DNA of 64,000 nt from an uncultured Bacteroidales bacterium. GTDB lineage: Bacteria > Bacteroidota > Bacteroidia > Bacteroidales > Bacteroidaceae. Each line of letters starts with the position of its first letter. The stretch's first letter is position 1. Shown here piece after piece: positions 56,342 to 64,000 of this stretch. The notes under the pieces are model-generated. The model searched no databases. It was not told where the DNA came from and worked only from the letters and a program-made list of their open reading frames with translations. The DNA lies in assembly GCA_937906165.1 (NCBI GenBank), contig CALCYA010000096.1, forward strand, positions 877 through 64,876. The letters run 5' to 3'. Both the position numbers and the translations under genes were made by a program.

Positions 56342-58612
56342 ATGTTGGAGGAAAATAAATTCAGTTACCGTGCGTTGCTTCATGGCAAGGATGCAGAATG
56401 GTACTTTGCCCGTGGGCTTGACGACATTACAGCTGCGGGCAGTTATGAGGTGCGACTTTTCCATAACGATATGGAATCATTGGGTATAACAACCGGTGAT
56501 TGTGACAAGGAGCATTATGTTGTTGCGCATCTTTTTGTAAGCGAGAGTGCTGCAACCGGCAGGCAGCAGGCGTTGCGTGTAGTGGGCCAGACCCTGTTGC
56601 TCACCATTTGCGCAACAAATGCTGTCAAGGCCTTTACCCGTACTTGTGAAATAACCCTCAAAGGCGCTTCCTGGGGTAGTTGGGTTGACTTGGGTGCTGC
56701 TTCAACAACCGATATCCAGGATGGCTCCATCACAGCACAGAAACTGAGTACAGATGTAAGGGGAAAATTGGACAGGGTTACAGAGGTGGATGAGATAAAG
56801 AAAAACGCCCTTCATACAGAAAGCGTTCACATAGTCTCTGCTATAGACGAAGTAAGTATTGGTGGCAGAAGCATTAATGGAGAGGCGGTTGTGGATATAC
56901 CAATCCCCGTGGCTACCATCAGGAATGCTGGAGTGATGAGTGCGGAGGATAAGGCGTCATTGATGGACATTGACAAAAATTTTAATGGTGGTGTTATAGA
57001 TATAGCCACATTGGGTTATACTGCTAATACTTACTATAATACTGCCGGTGAAATAAGAAGTCAAGCAGGGTTCTTTACATCTGAAGTTATTCCTATAACG
57101 AGAGGAACTATTGTTCGACTAACAACAAACTCTACAACATTAGTGTCTTTAATATCACTTACAACTAAAGACGGGATATTCGTTGGTTGTGTTGTAAGTG
57201 GAAAAAACGGTGTCAATACATATGAATGGACTGCGCCAATAGACTGTTATATAAGGATATCTGTTGTTTCAAAAAACGGCACTATAGAATTGCCCGGTCA
57301 CAAAACTGTAGTTTGCGACACTGTAATGGATGTCTACGGAAAGCAATTGGACATCAGAGGTTTCTATGGCATAGTTCAAGGTGCGTTTAGGACGGATGGA
57401 ATAGTATCCTATATGGACTCATTCTCTCACTCTAATCCTGTACCAGTTAAGCAAGGCGATGTAATAAGAATATCTAATGCTGTTGTTACCGATATCATAT
57501 CTTTAATTACAAAAGTAAATGAGAGCGGCGAATATGTAACAACACTTATGTGTGGTGTTACAAATGTTAAGGATTACGAATACGAAGTTATTACGGATGG
57601 GTACGTTTCAATATCAATGTCACGCGCCTCTTTTAAGGAGAATTCGGCGATAATAATATCGAGTGGCATAATACAGGATATTGATAGAATCGAGAGAATC
57701 TCAGGAAGTCCGTGGAAAGGGAGACGCATTATGGCTATTGGTGACAGTCTTACTGCAAGCACTAAGGATACTAATTGGCAATATGTAGTAGGAGATATGC
57801 TTGGTTGCAATATAAGGACTCATGCTAAAGGTGGTATTGGTCTTATAGCGATGGTTGATGGCGATGGCACTGAAAAACCAGAGGCGGACCCTGACAATTT
57901 CGGAGTGTCTAATATATATCGCCTTGAGGCATCGGATGTGGTTGACGTGGACTTGATACTTTTATTTGGTGCCTTTAATGAATACCGAAGAGCGAGAGAT
58001 GAGTATGGAAATGCAGAAGATATGTATCCCGACCAAAATACATATCTCGGCAGGTTACGTTATGTGGCAAAAAGGCTTGTAGATACAGTGCTGCAAGGCA
58101 ATCCTAAATGCAAAATTGCATTCGTGGAACCATACTGCTTTGGCGGTGGAAGTTACTGCGATGCTACAGGCTACGATGTTGGCGTTGAGATGGCAAAGGG
58201 GTTGCAAACAGTCGCAAATGAGTTCTGCTTTCCTTGTATACCTCTTTTAAGAAATTCTCAGATAGCAAGGTATAATTGGGATTTATACTGCGCTGGAGGC
58301 GGCACTGAAAATACAACATATCTACCGTATGACGAATCAATTCCTTACGGAACACCGAGCATATTCCCCTCTGCAGATTTGTTGCCATCTACGGCTGTTG
58401 AGAATATCATCGCCCTGGTAGCAGCGGAGAATATTTACGGGTATACTTACGCGCAGTTCATAGGAGGCTCGTGGAGCTTGGGCCATTACCCAGGCGGTTC
58501 TACGGAATACTCATCACCCTATATTTATCTGTGGAAAGATTTTATTCATCTCAATGCAAATGGTCAGACAAGAATTGCAGAGTATATTGCAAGACAGGTA
58601 AATACGTTATAA
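56342..58612 (+). CDS. Phage tail-fibre-like N-terminus, two jelly-roll-like repeat modules, and a C-terminal SGNH/GDSL hydrolase domain
   Basis: DIQDGSITAQKLS and RNAGVMSAEDKASLMDID match the tail-fibre motif 'GLMSxxDKxKLD'. An internal duplication spans roughly aa 230-320 and 345-440. The SGNH block I is IMAIGDSLTAS. Confidence 0.7.
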   Translation: MLEENKFSYRALLHGKDAEWYFARGLDDITAAGSYEVRLFHNDMESLGITTGDCDKEHYVVAHLFVSESAATGRQQALRVVGQTLLLTICATNAVKAFTRTCEITLKGASWGSWVDLGAASTTDIQDGSITAQKLSTDVRGKLDRVTEVDEIKKNALHTESVHIVSAIDEVSIGGRSINGEAVVDIPIPVATIRNAGVMSAEDKASLMDIDKNFNGGVIDIATLGYTANTYYNTAGEIRSQAGFFTSEVIPITRGTIVRLTTNSTTLVSLISLTTKDGIFVGCVVSGKNGVNTYEWTAPIDCYIRISVVSKNGTIELPGHKTVVCDTVMDVYGKQLDIRGFYGIVQGAFRTDGIVSYMDSFSHSNPVPVKQGDVIRISNAVVTDIISLITKVNESGEYVTTLMCGVTNVKDYEYEVITDGYVSISMSRASFKENSAIIISSGIIQDIDRIERISGSPWKGRRIMAIGDSLTASTKDTNWQYVVGDMLGCNIRTHAKGGIGLIAMVDGDGTEKPEADPDNFGVSNIYRLEASDVVDVDLILLFGAFNEYRRARDEYGNAEDMYPDQNTYLGRLRYVAKRLVDTVLQGNPKCKIAFVEPYCFGGGSYCDATGYDVGVEMAKGLQTVANEFCFPCIPLLRNSQIARYNWDLYCAGGGTENTTYLPYDESIPYGTPSIFPSADLLPSTAVENIIALVAAENIYGYTYAQFIGGSWSLGHYPGGSTEYSSPYIYLWKDFIHLNANGQTRIAEYIARQVNTL

Positions 58613-58686
58613 GTATACTATATGATTATTGGTATAGACTCTATAACATTATTATGGCGAGCCTAGTTTGAGTAGCTATAATAATG

Positions 58687-59601
58687 TTATAACTGTAAGT
58701 TATAATGTTGTTTTAGGTGTTCCTTAATTTTCTCCTTGTCATTGCCACAGGCTTTCTTTATTTCAAAAACGATAGTGTCGACCAATGTTCGATACCAGAA
58801 ACCTTGCATAAAATCCCAGATAAAACCCTCTTTACCGTCAAGAAAACCTAGTTTTAAAATATAACGGTAGCAAAAATAAAAGAATGAACGCCAGAAAATC
58901 TTCATCTTGGCATATTTCTCTTTCTGTTTCCTTTTTGCAACAACCTCTTCGCAATATGAATTGTCTTTGCTTTCGTTCCCAGTGATGTGGAACTCTGCAT
59001 CCAGTAGCAATGCGGCCTCGCGCGCTGCATATCTATTATGTTTGTCAACGAATTGAGTAATGCTTATCATGCTTGCATCGTAGAAAGGGTGTTTGAATGT
59101 CGTAGTCTTGCCTCCGTCTGCGATGACTAAATGTTCGTCCATAATACGCTTTTCATAGCGTGCCTTTCCATTGCGGAATAGTCGAATCATCTTTATACCA
59201 TTTGCAATGCCGTGCTTTAATTCACGTCCCATAAACACTCTACCAAGCGGCAGTACAACTGCGTACACGTCATTGGGTAAGGTTGGCAGTCTACGCTGCA
59301 TCTCTTCAATTAGTTCCTTAGAACAGTATTCATCAGCATCAAGGCGCAGAACCCATTCTGTCTTGATGTCTATGTTATCCAATGCCCAGTTGAACTGTGC
59401 AGCCTGGTTCCCCGGCCACTTGTGTGGAATTACTTTTGCCCCCATTGACTTTGCTATTGTTGCAGTATTGTCAGTGGATAGGCTGTCAATAACATATATC
59501 TCCTTTGCAAACTCCTTTACATTATCTATGCAACGGCGTATATGCAGTTCCTCATTGAAGGTCAGTATTATAACAGAAATGTCTAGCATATCTCGTTCCA
59601 A
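58687..59601 (-). CDS. Family 2 glycosyltransferase
   Basis: ISVIILTFNEE..IRRCIDNV...IYVIDSLSTDNT...LRLDADEY motifs. Confidence 0.85.
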   Translation of the reverse strand: MERDMLDISVIILTFNEELHIRRCIDNVKEFAKEIYVIDSLSTDNTATIAKSMGAKVIPHKWPGNQAAQFNWALDNIDIKTEWVLRLDADEYCSKELIEEMQRRLPTLPNDVYAVVLPLGRVFMGRELKHGIANGIKMIRLFRNGKARYEKRIMDEHLVIADGGKTTTFKHPFYDASMISITQFVDKHNRYAAREAALLLDAEFHITGNESKDNSYCEEVVAKRKQKEKYAKMKIFWRSFFYFCYRYILKLGFLDGKEGFIWDFMQGFWYRTLVDTIVFEIKKACGNDKEKIKEHLKQHYNLQL

Positions 59602-60359
59602 TTTATGATTTTGTGTTTGGTGTTCTTAAGTTTTGTCGCAAAGTCATGAATGTCGTTGAATTCATTTTTTCTCCAATCCTCGGTGTAGCCTGGATGAACG
59701 CCTACTTCTATGGTTTTTTCATCACCTAACTTTGCAATCTGTTCAATAATGCTGTCGGCCCAATTTGTATCAAAACTGTTAGCAGCCATATAAAAGTAAT
59801 CAGTAGACTTGTGGTTACGGCGTATATATGCACTAAACATGCTGTTTAGTATTCCGATTATGCCACGGTTTGAATCTTTCACGAAAATGTTTTGCACACC
59901 ACGCACTCTTTCAATTTCGCAGGTTTTTGCAGCCTTTTTAACAGCAAGCAGAAATGAAGGAAATTTGTGCAAGTGACCGTGTGAGTCCAAATGTGAAACC
60001 TTTATGCCGGCCTCGGTGAGGACTTTTATCTGCGCAATGGTCTCCTTTATAATATCTTTTTGCTTCAATCTCAGGAGTAGTGCCTTTTTTCTTGTGCTGT
60101 TTGATTCAATGAATGTGCCATCTTCACCAAGCAAACTCCAGCAATCATTGCATACAGGTTGCAAGCCGTCTACGTATGTAAGGTGTACACCCCAACTGAA
60201 CTCCGGGTGTTTTTTAGCATATTCAATAGCCATTTTCGAAGCCTCGCAATTTACCATAATTGTAGCAGAGGTCAATGCTCTACGTTCAAAACATTCAATG
60301 GTTGCTTGGGTGGTCTCTTCGTTGAAACCAAAATCATCTGCGTGTAATATAATTTTCAT
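59583..60359 (-). CDS. ChbG/HpnK (YdjC-like) family carbohydrate deacetylase
   Basis: MKIILHADDFGFNE...ATIMVN...HLDSHGHLH motifs. Confidence 0.8.
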   Translation of the reverse strand: MKIILHADDFGFNEETTQATIECFERRALTSATIMVNCEASKMAIEYAKKHPEFSWGVHLTYVDGLQPVCNDCWSLLGEDGTFIESNSTRKKALLLRLKQKDIIKETIAQIKVLTEAGIKVSHLDSHGHLHKFPSFLLAVKKAAKTCEIERVRGVQNIFVKDSNRGIIGILNSMFSAYIRRNHKSTDYFYMAANSFDTNWADSIIEQIAKLGDEKTIEVGVHPGYTEDWRKNEFNDIHDFATKLKNTKHKIINWNEIC

Positions 60360-60379
60360 ATATTATGGATTCTGTTTGT

Positions 60380-61456
60380 TTAAAAAAGCATATTGTCACC
60401 CGCAGCAGGTCTTATGCGCCAATTCTCTTCATCATTAATACCCTCTATTTCCCTTAATGGCGAGTTTTCTGATAGTCGAAGAACAACATTTCCTTTTCCC
60501 ATAGGAACTGTACCCAAGAATAACATTTTCTTATATAAGGATTTGTTGAATGGTACAAATTCAACAGCATCTATGTTGCCGGGCAATGTCATTGCGAAAA
60601 GGCAAATCTTAAAGTATGATAGCTTCTTGATATCTGCTGTTTCCCATTCAATAATGGAGCGGAGTGTGACATTTTTAAAACCTCGTTGCGATGCCTGTTC
60701 GTGGAACTGGTCCTTAATAATGAACCAAGCAATAACTTCTCCTTTTCTCTTTATATAATAAAGCTTACAGTCTTTGTTTGAGTCAAGTACCCATTTTGCC
60801 CATTCCTTATTATGATTTTCCTTGAAACGCGCTTTGTCGCCATTCCAAATTCTTTCATATTCCTGGTCAATCTCTTTCACTTCATAAATCTCATATTTCC
60901 ATTGGCCATTTATCTGAGCAATGAGCTTAATGAACAATTGTTGAATGAGCAAGAAGAAATTACATATGAATGCAACTGTTTTTGCTATGAATCCTTTGCA
61001 GAACATTTCAACAACAGCTCTACTTTTTTTAAGCAACAGCAGTCTGGGCGAAAAAAACAGTTTAGCGCCCAATTTTTGCATTATATTGTATTGCATTTGG
61101 GATACTGAGCCAATAAGAATAGCACCATTCTTGGAATGTTCCATTCTCAATTTGTGTATCTTTGAACCAATACCCTGTTTCCTATGGGTTGTATTCACGC
61201 TTAAAGTGCTACAGGTGATGCTTTCAAATTCGTTGCCGTCTATGACAAGGCTTGTGGGAAAATGAAAGCCTGATGCTATAACATCTTCATTGTCGCATAC
61301 AAATATTTGGAAAACATCATTGTCATTGTGCCTGAAGGGATTCTTCTCGAGAACCGGAATTTTTGCATCACCATCCTTCAGGTAGTTCGATACATCATTC
61401 AATTCAAATGATGATGATTCCTGGTTCGTTGTACGCTTGATATAACTCAATTCCAT
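60380..61456 (-). CDS. GNAT-like acyltransferase (358 aa, atypically long)
   Basis: HRKQGIGSKIHKLRMEH matches the GNAT acyl-CoA-binding Q/RxxGxG/A motif. The rest of the protein is unassigned. Confidence 0.5.
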   Translation of the reverse strand: MELSYIKRTTNQESSSFELNDVSNYLKDGDAKIPVLEKNPFRHNDNDVFQIFVCDNEDVIASGFHFPTSLVIDGNEFESITCSTLSVNTTHRKQGIGSKIHKLRMEHSKNGAILIGSVSQMQYNIMQKLGAKLFFSPRLLLLKKSRAVVEMFCKGFIAKTVAFICNFFLLIQQLFIKLIAQINGQWKYEIYEVKEIDQEYERIWNGDKARFKENHNKEWAKWVLDSNKDCKLYYIKRKGEVIAWFIIKDQFHEQASQRGFKNVTLRSIIEWETADIKKLSYFKICLFAMTLPGNIDAVEFVPFNKSLYKKMLFLGTVPMGKGNVVLRLSENSPLREIEGINDEENWRIRPAAGDNMLF

Positions 61457-61459
61457 CTG

Positions 61460-62008
61460 TTATTCTTTAATAATTCGTTTTTTTATGAATCTTGCCGGAT
61501 TGCCACCAACGACTGTCCAGGGCTCAACATCTTTAAATACAACTGACCTTGCACCGGTAACACCGCCTTCTCCAATTGTCGTTCCCATTGAAATGAAACT
61601 CTCGGCACAAACCCATGCATAATCCCCTATGTATATTGGAGCTGTAATCAATTCGTGCTCCTTGCTTGAAATATTATGTGATGCAGTACATAGAAATGCT
61701 CTTTGAGAAACAGTGGCTTTCTTGCCCAAATGTATCATATTGACATTGTAACAATCAACATTATCCGAGATGCAAGCCAACTCTTCCAATTTAAGATTTG
61801 ATGGCATCCACACCTTTACAGAAGCGTGCACACTTGCGCTCTTGGCAATATCTGCACCAAACACACGCAAGACAAAATTTCTCCATCTGCGGAAAAAGCC
61901 TCCTTTGAATGGACGGAATAAAAAAATGCTACATACATTCCACATAGCACGATAGAGCTTGTTTTTAAGGCTTAACTTGTTTTTGTATTTTTGTCCAATA
62001 TTGTTCAT
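61460..62008 (-). CDS. Hexapeptide-repeat O-acetyltransferase (WcaF-like)
   Basis: An N-terminal hydrophobic segment is followed by left-handed beta-helix repeats (IGDYAWVCAESFISMGTTIGEGGVTGARSVV..D..PWTVVGGNPA). Confidence 0.75.
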   Translation of the reverse strand: MNNIGQKYKNKLSLKNKLYRAMWNVCSIFLFRPFKGGFFRRWRNFVLRVFGADIAKSASVHASVKVWMPSNLKLEELACISDNVDCYNVNMIHLGKKATVSQRAFLCTASHNISSKEHELITAPIYIGDYAWVCAESFISMGTTIGEGGVTGARSVVFKDVEPWTVVGGNPARFIKKRIIKE

Positions 62009-62121
62009 TATTGCTATTTTATGATTAAAATATAAAGATTAGTATCGGTATCTTTAATGTCAAATTACTTTATTCTGTTTTTATAAATTGCATGATATTT
62101 ATAGTTTATCCTTTACAATTT

Positions 62122-62655
62122 TTACTTATATACTTTTTGCTCATGTTCCTTTATTTGTTCATCTGTCCAGTAATATTTGATGACTTTAGCAGGTACCCCC
62201 CCAACAATTGAATATGGAGGAACATCTTTTGTGACGACAGAGCCTGCAGCAATTGTAGCTCCACGTCCAATAGTTACTCCCATGAGTATTGTTACACGAC
62301 TTCCAATCCAAACATCTTCTTCAATTACCACCTCTTTATCTAACCCTTCAGGTTTTGTCTTCTCTGTAATGTCATTATGATATATGCCGATAATTCTACC
62401 ATGGTTGCCAGTGTGTATGGATAAGTCTTCGCCAACAGATATGTGTCCCTTAAACACTATCTTGGCGTTAGTTGCAGACAAGCAGGCGCGAGGGCCAATA
62501 TACACACGAGGTCCAATGAATATATTTTTGGGATGGTCATATATAAGTGGAGGGGTTATTGAGGAATTTTTTTCAAATAGTCCAAAACGATGTCTAAAGA
62601 CAAATATACTTCTTAACCAGGTGTAAATACCTTTTATAAATAAAATTCTTTTCAT
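62122..62655 (-). CDS. Hexapeptide-repeat acyltransferase (maltose/galactoside O-acetyltransferase-like)
   Basis: [47 protein letters not shown]. The start was set at MKRILF (62655), which abuts the upstream stop. Confidence 0.8.
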   Translation of the reverse strand: MKRILFIKGIYTWLRSIFVFRHRFGLFEKNSSITPPLIYDHPKNIFIGPRVYIGPRACLSATNAKIVFKGHISVGEDLSIHTGNHGRIIGIYHNDITEKTKPEGLDKEVVIEEDVWIGSRVTILMGVTIGRGATIAAGSVVTKDVPPYSIVGGVPAKVIKYYWTDEQIKEHEQKVYK

Positions 62656-62656
62656 G

Positions 62657-63748
62657 TTATTCTTTCCAAAGATTGATAAACCGAGACATAATTGCTTCTG
62701 TCGAGTATTCAGTGTAGGCTTTTTCTTCTGCTCTGTTTGCCATCTCTTCAATTATATTATTATTACTTAGACTATATAATACTTTTTCTCGTAATGCAGT
62801 TGTGTTCTTGGGTTCAACAAGTATACCTTGTACCTTGTCTTCGTAGGTTAACATCTCCTTTATTGCACCAACTGGTGTTGTGATAATTGGGCAACCGCTT
62901 GCCATTGCTTCAACAATCACATAAGGAAACCCCTCTGTGTGGGTTGGCAGAACAAATAGTCCAGCACTCCTCATGGCTTTGAATATTTCTGTACTTGGCT
63001 TCATACCTTTAAAGCTTATATTGCCTTTGAAACCATTACTCTTTATCCAGTTATTTAGTTCCGAATGTATCACTTCATCTTGTGGACCATAAATGTTCAA
63101 TGTGATGTCTTCTATTGTGGATAAAGCTTCTATCAGTTCGAAAATACCTTTTTCACGAACGTTGTGCCCTACAAACAGAATCTCATTCTTGTTACGTGTT
63201 ATTCTGCTTTCTTTCAGCACTTCAATTTCCTTGTTGAATGAGTTACCTATTTTTATTACATTACTGAATCCTGCAGATATTATTGCGTTATACGATCCTT
63301 CATCAAGAACAATTGATTTATACGAGTTTTTCAAAGTAGACAGCAGTACTTTCTTTTTCCACCCACTTGTTGATAAATGCATTGGCATCGTTCCACAATG
63401 GTAGTGGACTATTGCCTTTGCTTTGTAGTGTTTTGCGATTTTAACATACAGCCAATCGCGGACAATTCCGGTGCCAAGTGAACTGAGTATATGTACTTTA
63501 TCGTATCTCTCCTTTTTAAGGCTTCTTATAAGATTCCACAATCCTTTCGCATAATCTTTTATGGAATAGTACAAACGTTTATACGTAGGTAAGAGGTGGG
63601 TGAGAGAAACACTTCTTACAATTGGAAGATGTACTACCTCTACCTCATTTTGTTGGTATTGGTGGAGATAGTCCAACACTATCTTCATCCATATAGTTAC
63701 TCCTCCCTTGCTGCTGGGTTGGGGACCTAATAAAAGTACTTTTTTCAT
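62657..63748 (-). CDS. GT4/GT1 family (GT-B) glycosyltransferase
   Basis: [31 protein letters not shown] is the E(x7)E-type GT1 motif. The start was set at [10 protein letters not shown]. Confidence 0.85.
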   Translation of the reverse strand: MKKVLLLGPQPSSKGGVTIWMKIVLDYLHQYQQNEVEVVHLPIVRSVSLTHLLPTYKRLYYSIKDYAKGLWNLIRSLKKERYDKVHILSSLGTGIVRDWLYVKIAKHYKAKAIVHYHCGTMPMHLSTSGWKKKVLLSTLKNSYKSIVLDEGSYNAIISAGFSNVIKIGNSFNKEIEVLKESRITRNKNEILFVGHNVREKGIFELIEALSTIEDITLNIYGPQDEVIHSELNNWIKSNGFKGNISFKGMKPSTEIFKAMRSAGLFVLPTHTEGFPYVIVEAMASGCPIITTPVGAIKEMLTYEDKVQGILVEPKNTTALREKVLYSLSNNNIIEEMANRAEEKAYTEYSTEAIMSRFINLWKE

Positions 63749-63758
63749 TATTGTTGGG

Positions 63759-64000
63759 TTATATGTTGTCAATAATCTTTTTATACTTTCCCAAAAAAGT
63801 CTCTTTGGATAATTTCTTTTCAGCGATCTTGCGGCTTAGGATAGAGAACTCGGTATATTCTTTTTCGTTTATTGATATCATACGCTCTATTGAGTCTGCA
63901 ATACTTTCAGGAGATTTTGGGTCAAAAAGGAATCCGTTCTTGCCTTCATGCACATAGATAGAATTATCGCAGACATCACTGCAAATTACTGGACGTCCGC
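63759..64000 (-). CDS. Glycosyltransferase, C-terminal fragment (gene continues past the window end)
   Basis: The frame is open to the window edge. The C-terminal sequence ..HEGKNGFLFDPKSPESIADSIERMISI is typical of the GT1 C-terminal region. Confidence 0.6.
   Translation of the reverse strand, partial: GRPVICSDVCDNSIYVHEGKNGFLFDPKSPESIADSIERMISINEKEYTEFSILSRKIAEKKLSKETFLGKYKKIIDNI

Noticed and set aside
54109-58612. Prophage or tailocin region, suggested by the tail-fibre-like motifs.
   Set aside because: There is no integrase, terminase, portal, capsid, sheath, tube or baseplate gene anywhere in the window. Only a single tail-fibre-like ORF is present, so it is reported as an orphan or domesticated gene instead.

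Overview
This 64-kb chromosomal window appears to come from a Bacteroidales (Bacteroidota) genome. That assignment is an inference from gene content: a T9SS type-B sorting domain, a DUF4836 lipoprotein, a histone-H1-like protein, a BspA-type LRR protein, M56/TonB_C-type proteins and TAnnTTTG -7 boxes. Housekeeping and metabolic genes include fba, queA, pepT, a TrmH-family methylase, glsA, an SDR, ansB-porin-dcuB, a K+/H+ antiporter, uvrA, rfbACDB, RNase P RNA and a probable SRP RNA. These are interleaved with envelope and glycan functions: a three-gene glycosyltransferase operon, GH20 and GH2 hydrolases, and two AT-rich minus-strand polysaccharide blocks at 49.6-53.5 kb and 58.7-64 kb. I rank six things as most worth a second look. 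(1) A four-gene operon at 9.8-16.9 kb, joined by three ATGA overlaps, encodes a BlaI-type repressor, a TonB_C-like secreted protein, an M56 protease lacking a recognisable penicillin sensor, and a 1320-aa MG2+Sel1 giant. (2) An AT-rich DUF3791-DUF3990-DUF3791 cassette at 54.9-55.8 kb is bracketed by ~84-bp direct repeats. (3) A dispersed, structured intergenic repeat family has conserved flanks (TAACGATTAAGG, CAGCGAGCGGAAGCAG) around hairpins that vary in sequence but keep their pairing, with at least 6 loci in the window. (4) An orphan phage-tail-fibre-like protein fused to an SGNH esterase, with an internal compositional break, sits between the two glycan blocks. (5) A lipoprotein, ABC ATPase and FtsX-type permease appear co-transcribed with the dTDP-rhamnose genes. 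(6) There is a stand-alone fusion of a cytidylyltransferase-like domain to a GHMP-kinase-like domain. No CRISPR array, tRNA, rRNA, transposase or integrase was seen. All homology calls come from motif recognition by eye, with no database search.
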